64,000 bases of DNA from Longimicrobiales bacterium. Its GTDB lineage: Bacteria > Gemmatimonadota > Gemmatimonadetes > Longimicrobiales > Gaopeijiaceae. The stretch lies in the NCBI GenBank assembly GCA_965219445.1, contig CBDCNQ010000004.1, positions 704,001-768,000 of the forward strand, given 5' to 3'. The number at the start of each line of letters is the position of its first letter. The first letter of the stretch is position 1. Shown here piece by piece: positions 9,980-20,695 of this stretch. The notes below the pieces were generated by a model that did no database searches, had not been told where the DNA came from, and saw only the letters and a program-made list of their open reading frames with translations. The position numbers and the translations under genes are program-made.

Positions 9980-12900
9980 TCAAAAGGCGGTCCCCAACCG
10001 GAGATAAAACGGACTCTCTGTACCGGAGTTCAAACGCAGGGCCACCCCCAGGCGGAAGAACATGCGTGTCGAGAACAATGCCACAATGGAGGTTTGAAGC
10101 TCGGCGCCCACCGACGCCACTGCATTGAGTCTCGGATTTGGTGGATTCCCACCGAACGGAGCTACTCCACCCCACGCGTTTCCCGCGTCGAAGAAGAGGG
10201 CGCCGCTCACTCGATCCATGTGCACGGGCACGAGGCCAATTCCCCGGTGGACGTTGACCAGTGGGAAGCGGTATTCCCCGGATACCGACCAGGCGTACCT
10301 CCCAGTGCGGCGGCCCTCGAAGTACCCCCGGACGGGGAACAGCAGGCGGGAACCTCCGAACAGCTCTGCACCCGTAAGGCTCTCCGGTCGTCCCTGTGCC
10401 CCTCCGACAGAAAAGTGAAAAGCGTCGGCCCCCGGCCCCCCCGCGACGCCGAGGGAGGCCCGCGCCGCCAGAACGTGATTGGAGAAGCCGGGTCCCGAGA
10501 CCGATTGATACGCCCGGAAGACTCCGGTAGCCTCCTTCCAGGAACGGTCGAACCCCGTCGAGCCCCTGAGAGTGTCCGAGAGTGACAGCTCGCGCCGTGC
10601 CCTCCCCCGAACGGACGCCACAACACCCGCCTCGTCACTCGTCGAAAAAGCGAAGCCCCTCGCGGTACTGAACGTGGCTCCCAATTGAGCCTCGCCCAGC
10701 CGACGGCGCGGACGAAAGATCGAAATCGCGCTGGATTCGAGGTCGGTGTCTAAGAACTCACGATCCTCCCAGATGTGGGCCACAGCGAAGGACAGTGATG
10801 TGCTATTTCGGATCCGGCGACGCAGTAGCGTACTGGAGGCCCGAACCGCCCGCTCCTTCTCGGCCACGTACAGCGTGGCGTTGGCACCGGATGGTGCCAC
10901 GACGTCGAAGGGCCCGTCGACGTCGTGACGCTGCGATGCGGACAGGCCCAGAAGAGGGTTTCCAAGGCCCGAGTACGTATAGTTGACGGCCGCGTCGGTC
11001 CGCCCATCCGTTCGGACCCGGGCCACGATTCGGTATCGGTGCTGTCCGACCAAATCGCCGCCGGTGGTGCGTACTCCGAACGCTAGACCGAGAACCTCTT
11101 TGTTGATGGGCCCGCCTACCCGATCCGGCCGACTGACGCCCGACGTATAGGTCGGCTCCCAGTGGTACGGCCGTAGCGTGGAAGACGCATTGTATGGTCC
11201 CACTTCTCCCACGAGCGGGGCGTTCTCCGAATCGACCTCCGGCCCCTCTCCCAGATCGAATCCGGGTTTCACCGGGAAGGGATCGAACCACGCTGCGGGA
11301 TCGAACGGGATTCGCTCAATCGTCCAACCGATCTTGTGATAACTGGAAAAATAGATCCATCGGCCTTCGGGACCGACCGACGGGTAGGCTGTCCCGCCCA
11401 GAACGTTCGTCACCTGCCTCAGTGGCCCCGGCACCGCAGACTCAGGATCGATCTCGATGGCATAGATGTTGGGGATGCCGCTCCGGTCCGACGACCACAA
11501 GAGCCATCTCCCGTCCGGAGACCAGGTCGGGGCCTGATCCACGGACCGGTCGTTGGTGATTCGGCTGACGATGCGCCCTTCGGAGTCCGTCACCACCACG
11601 TTATAGAGGGCCCCCGGGCTCCAACGCGAAGCAGCAATCCAGCGGCCGTCGGGAGACCACGCGGGGAAGGCCCAATGCACATCCTCGAGAAACGGCGTGA
11701 GCCCCCGGACGCCACCGGTTTCCAGGTCGACCTGGACCAAACGGTTCGTCCCGCCCATGGACTGAACGGCCACCACGGTCCGACCGTCAGGCGAAGGCGT
11801 CGGTTGATCCAGGCGAGCGCCCCGTGTGACCCGGCGCTTACGACCGTTGGCACCGATACGAATCAGATCGGATCGGATCCGGAACGGATCGATGAACTCC
11901 ATCTCGGACCCCACGAGAGAACCGTCGGGGAGCCACGCGAAATCAGACAAGTTACTCAACCGTAGGAGCTTATGGTCGCTTGAGCCGTCCGGTTCGCTCA
12001 CGCGCATCTGCACGTCCGTACGTCCGTCCGATTGCACGAACGCCAACTGCGCTCCGTTGGGTGAGACAGACGGAAAGAGAGCCTCTCGCCCCTCCGCCGC
12101 GAGGGACTCCCCCTCGGTGAGTGGAGCGGCCATAGTCAGTGAATCGGACAAGTCGAGGAACCGAGCCTCTAGAACCCCTTGCCAACCTTCCCACGCATCG
12201 GAAAAACTGACCCCGAACGCATCCTTGGCCCCCGAATTCACCCGGTACGGAAACCACTGGCGCGCGATCGCCCCCGCGAACGCGCCCAGACGTTCCTCCC
12301 CGTACGCAGCACTCAGGTGGTCAAAGAACGGTGCCCCGTACGCATAGACCCGGTCTCCTGCTGGCCAGTTCGGCGAACTTCCCGCGACTTGGTCCAATCT
12401 TTCGAAACCGTTCTCCAGCACCGCAGTGCGGAGGACCATATCGACGTAGCTCCCGCGCACCCGGCCCGATCTGGTGAGAGACGATTCGTAATATGTCGCC
12501 AAGCCCTCGGTCGTCCAGCGCGGAAGATCAAAGCTGGGAAAGGTCGGCCACCCCGCTTCCCATCGGCCCATCACACTCCGGATCAGGGATCCGATCGGCC
12601 CTGTGTAGTCCAATTGGAAGACGTGGACGAGCTCATGCGTGATGACGAGTTCCATCCAGTCGTCGAAGTGGGACAGTGCGCTCCCCTCCATCGGCGGACG
12701 CACGTACACGATGATCCGATTGAAGGGAACCGCCGTGGCGAAGCCGTTGCTGGCCTCGGTGTGGTCCGTCAGAAGGAGTTCGATGAGCCCATCCGGCGGA
12801 TCGAGAAAGACCTCGTTGAGCGCCTCGAACGCCCGCTCGGCCCGAGTCGCAGCCCTTCGCGCCAAGGCGTCCATGCCCTCCGGGAACGTGACCCGGAAGT

Positions 12901-13018
12901 GGCTAGTCTCGAGGCTGCGCCAAGGCTCGTCGGGCGGCACCTGGGCCGTCAGCGAGCTGGGCACACCCGCCACACCGGTGGCCAAGAAGCACAACTGAAT
13001 CAGAACGCTCAGGCGCAT
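9980..13018 (-). CDS. Omp85/BamA-barrel protein with N-terminal gluzincin-like peptidase domain and TolB/PD40 beta-propeller
   Basis: Signal peptide; HELVH...EGLA; repeated PxWSPDGR; barrel motifs VRGY, FFDAGNAW; C-terminal LGTAF. Confidence 0.8.
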   Translation of the reverse strand: MRLSVLIQLCFLATGVAGVPSSLTAQVPPDEPWRSLETSHFRVTFPEGMDALARRAATRAERAFEALNEVFLDPPDGLIELLLTDHTEASNGFATAVPFNRIIVYVRPPMEGSALSHFDDWMELVITHELVHVFQLDYTGPIGSLIRSVMGRWEAGWPTFPSFDLPRWTTEGLATYYESSLTRSGRVRGSYVDMVLRTAVLENGFERLDQVAGSSPNWPAGDRVYAYGAPFFDHLSAAYGEERLGAFAGAIARQWFPYRVNSGAKDAFGVSFSDAWEGWQGVLEARFLDLSDSLTMAAPLTEGESLAAEGREALFPSVSPNGAQLAFVQSDGRTDVQMRVSEPDGSSDHKLLRLSNLSDFAWLPDGSLVGSEMEFIDPFRIRSDLIRIGANGRKRRVTRGARLDQPTPSPDGRTVVAVQSMGGTNRLVQVDLETGGVRGLTPFLEDVHWAFPAWSPDGRWIAASRWSPGALYNVVVTDSEGRIVSRITNDRSVDQAPTWSPDGRWLLWSSDRSGIPNIYAIEIDPESAVPGPLRQVTNVLGGTAYPSVGPEGRWIYFSSYHKIGWTIERIPFDPAAWFDPFPVKPGFDLGEGPEVDSENAPLVGEVGPYNASSTLRPYHWEPTYTSGVSRPDRVGGPINKEVLGLAFGVRTTGGDLVGQHRYRIVARVRTDGRTDAAVNYTYSGLGNPLLGLSASQRHDVDGPFDVVAPSGANATLYVAEKERAVRASSTLLRRRIRNSTSLSFAVAHIWEDREFLDTDLESSAISIFRPRRRLGEAQLGATFSTARGFAFSTSDEAGVVASVRGRARRELSLSDTLRGSTGFDRSWKEATGVFRAYQSVSGPGFSNHVLAARASLGVAGGPGADAFHFSVGGAQGRPESLTGAELFGGSRLLFPVRGYFEGRRTGRYAWSVSGEYRFPLVNVHRGIGLVPVHMDRVSGALFFDAGNAWGGVAPFGGNPPNPRLNAVASVGAELQTSIVALFSTRMFFRLGVALRLNSGTESPFYLRLGTAF

Positions 13019-13095
13019 CTTTCCTCGTTGACCTTGTCAAATGGGCGCATCGTCCTCACCCTTCGAAGCGTTGGACCATCCATTGGGGTTTCCGA

Positions 13096-13812
13096 GTGAT
13101 CGAGGGCATGCGCGAACCGTCCAAAAGTATCTGGTACCAGCTGGGTTATGCGCTCGAATCGGCACGCCACGGAGCTCGCTCGGCCCAGGAAGCCCGATCC
13201 GCTAAAGCTCCACGCGTAGCAATAAACAGGTCCGCCGCCGCCGCGCGGTCCGCTCCAAACAAACAGGGTGATGCGACGGATCCCAAACGTACGCCGGTCT
13301 CGTCGACGTTGGATCAACTCATTACGACCGGCGCCGGCATTCTCGGCGATCGACTGTTTTCGATCCTGGCCGGGCGGCACCCCGGAGGGTTGCGCCTGAC
13401 GCGTGCGGCCTTGGCCGGCGCGGGCGCCGCGTTTGCGCTCAGCCTGTTTCGGAACGGGAAAAATGGGACTTCGGGGATCGGACAGAGCCCGCACGACCCG
13501 ACCGCTGAGCTTCTCACGGGAGCCGCTCGTGGCATGCTCTACGGTGCCGTTCTCGAGCCCCGGCTCCCGGGATCGCCGCTCCTTCGCGGGGCCACGTTCG
13601 GTGTCATGGAGTACGTGACATCGCCATTCGGCGGGCTGGACGGCATCCTCGGTGCTTCCAGCCCTCATCGGACCATGCCGATTATCGCGGCGCTCCTGGG
13701 CTCGAGTGATTCGGTGGCGGTGTCCATGGCCGACCACGTCGCATTCGGGGTCACCCTCGGCCTACTCTACGGAGCGGGAAGCGCAAGAAGAGGCAGCCGC
13801 GCGGTCGAGTAG
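13096..13812 (+). CDS. Hypothetical membrane-associated protein
   Basis: ORF with hydrophobic Gly/Ala-rich helices, HVAFGVTLG near the C-terminus; converges on and overlaps next gene by 46 bp. Confidence 0.6.
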   Translation: MIEGMREPSKSIWYQLGYALESARHGARSAQEARSAKAPRVAINRSAAAARSAPNKQGDATDPKRTPVSSTLDQLITTGAGILGDRLFSILAGRHPGGLRLTRAALAGAGAAFALSLFRNGKNGTSGIGQSPHDPTAELLTGAARGMLYGAVLEPRLPGSPLLRGATFGVMEYVTSPFGGLDGILGASSPHRTMPIIAALLGSSDSVAVSMADHVAFGVTLGLLYGAGSARRGSRAVE

Positions 13813-15458
13813 GCGGGGAGAGGTCTTGGCTCCACGCGAACCATGCTCTGCGGGCAAGCCGTCAGCGTGATGGTCGATGCGGCGTCCACGCCACCGCCGG
13901 GATCCACCGCGCCTTCGACGATCCCCAGAATCTGAGTACGGATCTCCCCCTCACCTACGCCCGCGAGCCCGCAAAACGCCCATGGACGATCCCGGACCAC
14001 GGCTCCGACATACGCTCCGCCCAAGCGATCTACCCTATCGAGAACGACGTAGGAGACACCCACATCGCGTGCCTCACGGAAGAACCGGTCCGGATCGGCA
14101 CTCAGCGGGTACGTCCGGCTTCGGACGCCTGAAAGCGTATAGAAGATGCGAGGTTTTCGGCTGAAGACGGCTGACTCGTCAGGAACATTTTCGCCGATCC
14201 AACGTGCAGCGGAGACGAACTGCTGGAAGCCTTCACCGTAGCACGCGAAAGGACCCGCCACGCGGACGCCCTCCCGGCACGCTGTGGCCCGGCTCACGGA
14301 CTGTCCCCAGCCCTGCACGGAGGGCACAAGCAACGCCGCGACCGCGATCACCCCTACGGCCAGTGGAAGGCGGCGGTCTATCCGCCTCGTTCCGTGGACA
14401 AGGGCTTCACCCCCGTAGAAGAGCATGAGCGGGTAGAGTGGCAGAGCGAACCGGTCTCCCGACCAGACGGCCGGCCAGAGGAGAATCAGCCCGAAGTACA
14501 GAGGCGTGAACAGCTCGACCACGGTCCAGCGGACCCGAATCCGATCCCACCACCCGGCCAGTGCAAGAGCCATCAGCACCAGACCCAGGCCCGTGAGCGC
14601 ACCGCCCGACCACGGAGACAATCCGGCTGGGATGTGCACGAGGACGTAGCCCTGTAGATTTTCGAGCACGCGGGCTGCGAGGTCTCCAATCCCGGCTTGG
14701 CCCAGATCGGGTTGGTACGGATCGATCATCCAGAACTCGGACACGTACTGGGCCCCACCGTCCGCCCGCGAACGAAGCCACCAAAGCACGTTGGCAACTA
14801 CGAAGACGCCAGCGAACCCGGAGAGCGCCCGCCAACGGCGGGCGAGACCGAGCGCCGCCCCGACCGCCAGCACCAGAGGCAACCCAGCGGTCCGAGTGAA
14901 GGTCGAGAGAATCGCGAAAACGCAGCCGGCCAAGATCCAGCGAGAGGGCACCGCCACATGCTCCGATCTGTGGAAGCTCCAGAGACAAGCGAGGGTCAGC
15001 GCGAGAAAGAGCGGATCCGACAGGATCCAATTGGTGGACCAGACAAAAGCAGGAGAGAACGCCAACACCAGTGCAACGCCAGTCGCCAAAGCCAATCCGT
15101 GTCGGTCACGTACCCAGGCGAAGCAAACCGTCACGCTTAGCGTCACCAACAACAGCGACAGAAGCTTGAAAGTCATCCAAGCCTCCGCGCCAAGTCCCAT
15201 GGCCCCCGCGAGCAGCGCCGGGTAGAGCGGTGGGTATTTCGTGTGGGGCGCCAGAGCCGGATCCCACGCCTCGAGGTACCCCGAACCCGACGACAGAGAA
15301 TGGGCCAGAGACAGATATCCGGCGTTGTCTCCACCGTTGTGCGGCGCCGGACTCAGAGCCGGCAGCGCGATGGCCACGTGGACCAGAGCCACAACGACGA
15401 GAATCATCGCCAGAGGAATCGGTCGTGCGTCCGGCTCCGGATCCATTGCCGGCATCAT
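13767..15458 (-). CDS. Polytopic membrane protein, GT-C fold glycosyltransferase candidate
   Basis: GGDNAGYLSLAHSL, KYPPLYP, LSDPLF, FTRTAGL, RFALPLYP; start taken at ATG 15458 (uncertain). Confidence 0.65.
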   Translation of the reverse strand: MMPAMDPEPDARPIPLAMILVVVALVHVAIALPALSPAPHNGGDNAGYLSLAHSLSSGSGYLEAWDPALAPHTKYPPLYPALLAGAMGLGAEAWMTFKLLSLLLVTLSVTVCFAWVRDRHGLALATGVALVLAFSPAFVWSTNWILSDPLFLALTLACLWSFHRSEHVAVPSRWILAGCVFAILSTFTRTAGLPLVLAVGAALGLARRWRALSGFAGVFVVANVLWWLRSRADGGAQYVSEFWMIDPYQPDLGQAGIGDLAARVLENLQGYVLVHIPAGLSPWSGGALTGLGLVLMALALAGWWDRIRVRWTVVELFTPLYFGLILLWPAVWSGDRFALPLYPLMLFYGGEALVHGTRRIDRRLPLAVGVIAVAALLVPSVQGWGQSVSRATACREGVRVAGPFACYGEGFQQFVSAARWIGENVPDESAVFSRKPRIFYTLSGVRSRTYPLSADPDRFFREARDVGVSYVVLDRVDRLGGAYVGAVVRDRPWAFCGLAGVGEGEIRTQILGIVEGAVDPGGGVDAASTITLTACPQSMVRVEPRPLPAYSTARLPLLALPAP

Positions 15459-15498
15459 GTCCCCTCCCCGGGGCGTCATGTCTCCGCCTCCGCGGCTG

Positions 15499-16683
15499 TC
15501 ATGTCTCCGCTCCCGACGTCATCGGCCGGCTGCGTGTCATGGACCCCAGAACTCGTGGGGCCTCGGCACCCGTAACCGACGGAATGTTGCCGACGATACC
15601 GTGGAGGTACGCCCACGCCAGGAACGCGAATGCGAGCGCCTCGCGCGCGTCCGGATCGACGCCGAGCTCCATTCCGTTTTTCACCTGGACGGGGTCCAGG
15701 CTCTGTTCGATCGCCTGGACCAACGCCGGATTATTCACACCGCCCCCGACGAGAAAAACCTCATCGAGGCCCCTGGGGATCACCCAAGCCTGATAGGCCG
15801 CGGCGATCGATCGGGCGGTAAACGCCGTGAGCGTGGCGACGAGATCACACCACGCATCCTCGTCGTGACCGGGGTCCGAGCCCGCTACCACGCGATCCAG
15901 GAGTGCCCTTCCGAAGTGCTCCCGGCCCGTCGACTTGGGCGGTGGAGCGCGGAAGTAGGCATCGTCGAGGAGCCCAGTGAGGAGTGATTCGTCCACCTGC
16001 CCGCGGAACGCCATCGCCCCATCCCGATCGAACGGCAAGGCGCCCTCCGTGGCGCGCCGCACGGCTCCGTCGATCAACGCCACACCCGGGCCCGTATCGA
16101 ACGCGATCACCGGCTTCGGCGAGCCGGTGGGCGGCAACCAAGTCACGTTGGCCATCCCCCCCAGGTTCTGGATCGCCCGCCGGCGATCTGCGGCGGAGAA
16201 CAAGAGTTGATCAAGCCAGGGAACGAGCGGAGCGCCATGCCCACCGGCCGCGACATCACGACTCCTGAAATCGCTTATGACCAGCGCCCCCGTACGCTCG
16301 GCGAGCGTAGCCGCGTCCCCCAGTTGGAGCGTGGCTCCCCGTTCACCATCGGTCGGTGGAATGTGCCATACGGTCTGCCCATGCGAACCGATGGCCGCCA
16401 GCTCCTCAGCCTCGACACCCGCGGCCTGACACACTTCCCGAACCGCTGAGGCGAACCACTCACCGAGCGAGGCGTCCAGCCGGCACAGCGTCTCGGGCGT
16501 GCCCTTCTCGAGAGCGTCGAGGATCTTTTTCCGGCGACCCTCGCCGTAAGCGGTGGTGCTGAAGGCGAGCACACTCCACAGGAATTCTTCACGAGATTCT
16601 CCATCGATCTGAACGAGAACGGCGTCGATCCCGTCGATGGACGTCCCAGACATGAGCCCCACGAAAAGATTCCCGGAGCTCAC
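15499..16683 (-). CDS. anmK: Anhydro-N-acetylmuramic acid kinase
   Basis: GLMSGTSIDGID, GSHGQT, DFRSRDVAAGGHGAPLVP, NLGGMAN, FDTGPG, PPKSTGRE, EALAFA. Confidence 0.95.
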   Translation of the reverse strand: MSSGNLFVGLMSGTSIDGIDAVLVQIDGESREEFLWSVLAFSTTAYGEGRRKKILDALEKGTPETLCRLDASLGEWFASAVREVCQAAGVEAEELAAIGSHGQTVWHIPPTDGERGATLQLGDAATLAERTGALVISDFRSRDVAAGGHGAPLVPWLDQLLFSAADRRRAIQNLGGMANVTWLPPTGSPKPVIAFDTGPGVALIDGAVRRATEGALPFDRDGAMAFRGQVDESLLTGLLDDAYFRAPPPKSTGREHFGRALLDRVVAGSDPGHDEDAWCDLVATLTAFTARSIAAAYQAWVIPRGLDEVFLVGGGVNNPALVQAIEQSLDPVQVKNGMELGVDPDAREALAFAFLAWAYLHGIVGNIPSVTGAEAPRVLGSMTRSRPMTSGAET

Positions 16684-17594
16684 GCGGACGGGTCCTCAGT
16701 CAGACTCCCGATCACGTGGGCGAGCACGCCCCCCGCCTCTTCGAGCAAACGCCCCGCTTCCCCTACCCCGGTCCCGCGACGTTCCATGACGAGCGCGGTC
16801 TTCACGTGGCCCTCTGCAGCCTCGAGGAGCTCCGAGGCGCGGGCCCGATCGACGTCGAGGATCGTCATCAGGATGCGTTCGCCCCGATCTTGGAGCTTTT
16901 CACAGGTCGCCTGAAGATCCACCATGAGATTGCCGAAGACCTTCCCGGTCATGACCATCGCGCCGGTCGTGATCGTATTGAGCACCATCTTGGTGGCGCT
17001 CCCCGCCTTCATGCGGGTCGAGCCCGTCACGACCTCCGGACCGACCAGGGGGGCGATGACCACATCGTGAGTCTCCAAGAGTTCGGGTGCGGGTTTCGTG
17101 CAGAGGAGAAAGCCCGTGCGTGCACCGCGTTCGCGGGAGCGGGCCATGGCTCCATGAACGAACGGTGTCGTGCCCGAGGTGGCGATCCCAATCACGAAGT
17201 CCTTGGGACCGACGGCGAGCCCGTCGATCTCGGACGCGCCGTCCTCCGAACGATCTTCGGCGCCCTCCCGGGACCGGACCAGCGCTTCGCTTCCCCCAGC
17301 GATGATACCCTGCACCATTTCGGGTTCGGTTCCAAAAGTCGGTGGCATCTCCGCTGCATCGAGAACACCCAGGCGTCCTGAGGTCCCCGCACCCACATAG
17401 ATCAACCGTCCCCCGCTCCGGAAGGCCTCCACCACCAGCTCGATCGCCCGCGCGATGGCGAGCCGCTGGGATCCAACGGCCTCCGCCACGGTGCGGTCCT
17501 CGGAGTTGATGAGGTCGACCAACTCGAGCGGTGACAACACGTCCATCGCCGAGGAACGCGGATTTCTCTGCTCCGTCAGTCGGTCATCGAGCAT
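16680..17594 (-). CDS. murQ: N-acetylmuramic acid 6-phosphate etherase
   Basis: TEQRNP, GAGTSGRLGVLDA, GPEVVTGSTRMKAG, GNLMVD; 4-bp overlap with anmK. Confidence 0.95.
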   Translation of the reverse strand: MLDDRLTEQRNPRSSAMDVLSPLELVDLINSEDRTVAEAVGSQRLAIARAIELVVEAFRSGGRLIYVGAGTSGRLGVLDAAEMPPTFGTEPEMVQGIIAGGSEALVRSREGAEDRSEDGASEIDGLAVGPKDFVIGIATSGTTPFVHGAMARSRERGARTGFLLCTKPAPELLETHDVVIAPLVGPEVVTGSTRMKAGSATKMVLNTITTGAMVMTGKVFGNLMVDLQATCEKLQDRGERILMTILDVDRARASELLEAAEGHVKTALVMERRGTGVGEAGRLLEEAGGVLAHVIGSLTEDPSA

Positions 17595-17723
17595 GCGGAC
17601 GATTCGTCCCTCAGTTTGGGGGATAAGGAACTCCCACCGGGTTGCGGCGATACTCTCGCTTGAACAAGCTAATCTTGGCTTCTTTTCGCCAGGAACCCAA
17701 GACTTTTACACGCCCGAGGCTCC

Positions 17724-18905
17724 GTGAATCTTCTCGAACATGCCCGATCGCTCGCCGCTGACCTCAGCGCGATACGTAGAGACCTTCATCAGCATCCGGA
17801 GCTTTCGTTCCAAGAAGTCCGAACGGCTGGGATAGCGGCGAAGGAGATGGAGGCGCTTGGCTTCTCCGTCCGTACGGGGATCGGTCGGACCGGGGTGATC
17901 GCCGACCTCGAAAATGGTGAGGGTCCCCTCATCGCGCTCCGTGCGGACATGGACGCCCTCCCCATAGAGGAGGCGAATACGCATGACTTCGTCTCCGAGA
18001 ACCCAGGTGTCATGCATGCCTGTGGGCACGATGGACACGTGGCGGGAATGATCGGAGCTGCCCGGATTCTGGCGAAGGAGCGAGATGCAAAGCGCCTCCC
18101 CTCCGGCACCATTCGCTTCATCTTCCAACCCTCCGAGGAGGCGACCGACGACGAGGGCAAGAGTGGGGCGATGCGAATGGTGGACGAGGGAGTGATGGAG
18201 GGTGTCGACGCCGTCGTTGGGCTGCATCTGGGGGGACCGCTCCCCAGTGGGAAGATCTTCTTCGCAGCGGGACCCATCATGGCTGGCGCCGCGGAGATCC
18301 ACATCGAAGTACATGGGGAAAGCAGCCACGCGGGAATGCCCGAGGCCGGTGTGGATGCGCTCGTGCTGGCGGCTCGGGGTGTGGTCGCGGCCCAAGACGC
18401 AGCGCCCAAGAACCGTTCCCCGGTCGAAGACGGACTCATTTCGTTCGGGCGAATTACGGGAGGCACCGCCACCAACGTCCTGGCAGACCATGTCGAGATC
18501 GAAGGGACCATGCGATTTTTCTCGGAGGAAACTCGGGAACGACTCCGACGCCGGTTGGACGAAGCGTTCGGAGTGCTGGAGGAATCGGGCGCCGGGGTCA
18601 GCATTGACATCGGAACCGGGATTCTTCCTGTGATCAATGACGACCGGGTGACCGAATGGGTACGAGCCGCGGCGGTTGATTTGGTGGGAGAAGACGACGT
18701 GCTACCGATCGAGCCCACGACGCTCGCAGAGGATTTCTCCTTCCTCGCGCACGAGGCACCAGGTACTTTTTTTTGGGTGGGGGCGGCACTACCCAGGCCG
18801 CGCATGCACCATGAAGCCGACTTCGATATCGACGAGTCGGCCCTTCCGGTAGGGGCCGCCACGCTGGCGGCGGGCGCCAGCCGTCTTCTCGACGAAATGG
18901 GGTGA
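17724..18905 (+). CDS. M20 family amidohydrolase
   Basis: RRDLHQHPELSFQE, LRADMDALP, MHACGHDGH, FQPSEE, EDF, HH motifs. Confidence 0.9.
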   Translation: MNLLEHARSLAADLSAIRRDLHQHPELSFQEVRTAGIAAKEMEALGFSVRTGIGRTGVIADLENGEGPLIALRADMDALPIEEANTHDFVSENPGVMHACGHDGHVAGMIGAARILAKERDAKRLPSGTIRFIFQPSEEATDDEGKSGAMRMVDEGVMEGVDAVVGLHLGGPLPSGKIFFAAGPIMAGAAEIHIEVHGESSHAGMPEAGVDALVLAARGVVAAQDAAPKNRSPVEDGLISFGRITGGTATNVLADHVEIEGTMRFFSEETRERLRRRLDEAFGVLEESGAGVSIDIGTGILPVINDDRVTEWVRAAAVDLVGEDDVLPIEPTTLAEDFSFLAHEAPGTFFWVGAALPRPRMHHEADFDIDESALPVGAATLAAGASRLLDEMG

Positions 18906-20668
18906 ACACGATGGCGCGTCTTGTGCTCCTGGGTCTTGCGCTGCTGGCAGGGGGCTGCACTGCGGCCGAACCAACCCCAGCCCCGCCCACCGAGGCAGTC
19001 CAGACCCGGCCTCCCGTCGTCTTTCCGGACACGTGGCGATTCCCGGCTGACGATGCCCCGGTGACCGCCGAAAACGCCGTGGCCGTGACCACGGATCGCT
19101 ACGCCAGCGAGGTCGGCGCGGCGATCATGGAGCGGGGTGGAAACGCCGTGGACGCGGCCGTGGCCGTTTCACTCGCGCTCGCCGTCGTGAACCCTGAAGC
19201 CGGCAACATCGGTGGCGGGGGATTCATGGTCGTGAGGATGGCGGACGGTACCACGGCGGCCCTCGACTACCGCGAGAAAGCACCTATGGCGGCCACACGG
19301 GACATGTTCCTGGACGGTGACGGGAACGTGACCGATAAGTCCATAGTCGGTCATCTGGCCTCGGGCGTACCGGGCTCTGTGATGGGTATGTCGGAGGCGC
19401 ACCGACGCTTCGGCACGCTTCCGTGGGCCGACCTCGTGGAGCCAGCCGTGTCACTGGCGGACGGCTTCGAGGTCCATGAGCGTTTCCGCGAAAATATTTT
19501 GAACTCCCAGCGGGGCCTCCGGCGCTTCGAAGCGACCGCCGCCACCTATCTCCCGGAGGGCCGGATCGTGGAGCTGGGCGAGACGTTCCGTCAGCCCCAG
19601 CTGGCGGCCACCTTGCGGCGAATCCGGGAGCAAGGTGTGGAGGGCTTCTACGGGGGAGAAACCGCCGACCTGATCGTGGCGGAGATGGAGCGTGGTGGGG
19701 GGCTCATCACACACCAGGACCTCTCGTCGTACCGCGCCGTGTGGCGTGACCCGATCGAATTTACCTACCGGGGATACACGGTCCTTTCGATGCCACCCTC
19801 GTCGTCCGGGGGAGCAACGATGGCCGAAATGGCCAACATCCTGGAGCGACACGATCTGGGCGGCGTTCCTTGGCACTCAGGCGACATGGTCCATCTGCTC
19901 ACGGAGGCTTGGAAGAGGTCGTACGCCGATCGGAATGCTTACCTGGCCGATACCGACTTCGTGGACATTCCGCTCGAACGCATGACGTCGAAGGCGTACG
20001 CGGCGGACCGCGGAGCCGACATCTCTGAGATCGCGACGCCCTCGACGGACGTCGGGCCCGGCCTGGCACCTCCCCGGGAGGGTGACAACACGACGCACGT
20101 CTCCTTGGTTGACGCTGAAGGGAACGCGGTCGCGTTGACGACGACGCTCAACTCCTTCTTCGGAAGTAAGGTGATGGTGACCGGAGCGGGTTTCGTTCTC
20201 AATAACGAGATGGACGACTTTACGGCCAAGCCGGGGGTACCGAACCAGTACGGGCTGGTCCAGGGGGCCAACAACGCAGTGGCTCCAGGCAAACGGATGC
20301 TCTCTGCGATGACCCCGACGGTGGTGCTCCGTCCCGACGGTGAGTTGTTTTTCGTCGCGGGCTCACCGGGAGGGGCTACGATCATCACGACCGTCTTCCA
20401 GGCGATCGTGAACGTCGTGGACTACGGGATGAACGTCGTTCAGGCGGTGAACGCACCCCGTGTCCACCACCAGCATCTCCCCGACCAGATCCGTTACGAG
20501 CCAGGCGGGTTGCTCCCGGAGGTGGTGTCGGATTTGGAGGCCCGGGGACACACGACGTCGGAGCGCAGTGACATCTCCGGAGACGTAGAGGCCATCATGG
20601 TCATGCCGGACGGGACGCTCGAGGCGGCGGCCGATCCGCGCCGCGGAGGCGCGGCCGTGGGCTGGTGA
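18902..20668 (+). CDS. ggt: Gamma-glutamyltransferase (lipoprotein)
   Basis: Lipobox LAGGC; GGNAVDAAVA, DYRE, PPSSSGG, nucleophile NTTH, LNNEMDDF, KRMLSAMTP, GSPGG, DPRR. Confidence 0.93.
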   Translation: MNTMARLVLLGLALLAGGCTAAEPTPAPPTEAVQTRPPVVFPDTWRFPADDAPVTAENAVAVTTDRYASEVGAAIMERGGNAVDAAVAVSLALAVVNPEAGNIGGGGFMVVRMADGTTAALDYREKAPMAATRDMFLDGDGNVTDKSIVGHLASGVPGSVMGMSEAHRRFGTLPWADLVEPAVSLADGFEVHERFRENILNSQRGLRRFEATAATYLPEGRIVELGETFRQPQLAATLRRIREQGVEGFYGGETADLIVAEMERGGGLITHQDLSSYRAVWRDPIEFTYRGYTVLSMPPSSSGGATMAEMANILERHDLGGVPWHSGDMVHLLTEAWKRSYADRNAYLADTDFVDIPLERMTSKAYAADRGADISEIATPSTDVGPGLAPPREGDNTTHVSLVDAEGNAVALTTTLNSFFGSKVMVTGAGFVLNNEMDDFTAKPGVPNQYGLVQGANNAVAPGKRMLSAMTPTVVLRPDGELFFVAGSPGGATIITTVFQAIVNVVDYGMNVVQAVNAPRVHHQHLPDQIRYEPGGLLPEVVSDLEARGHTTSERSDISGDVEAIMVMPDGTLEAAADPRRGGAAVGW

Positions 20669-20695
20669 CTCAGGACACTAAGATCGATCACCACG

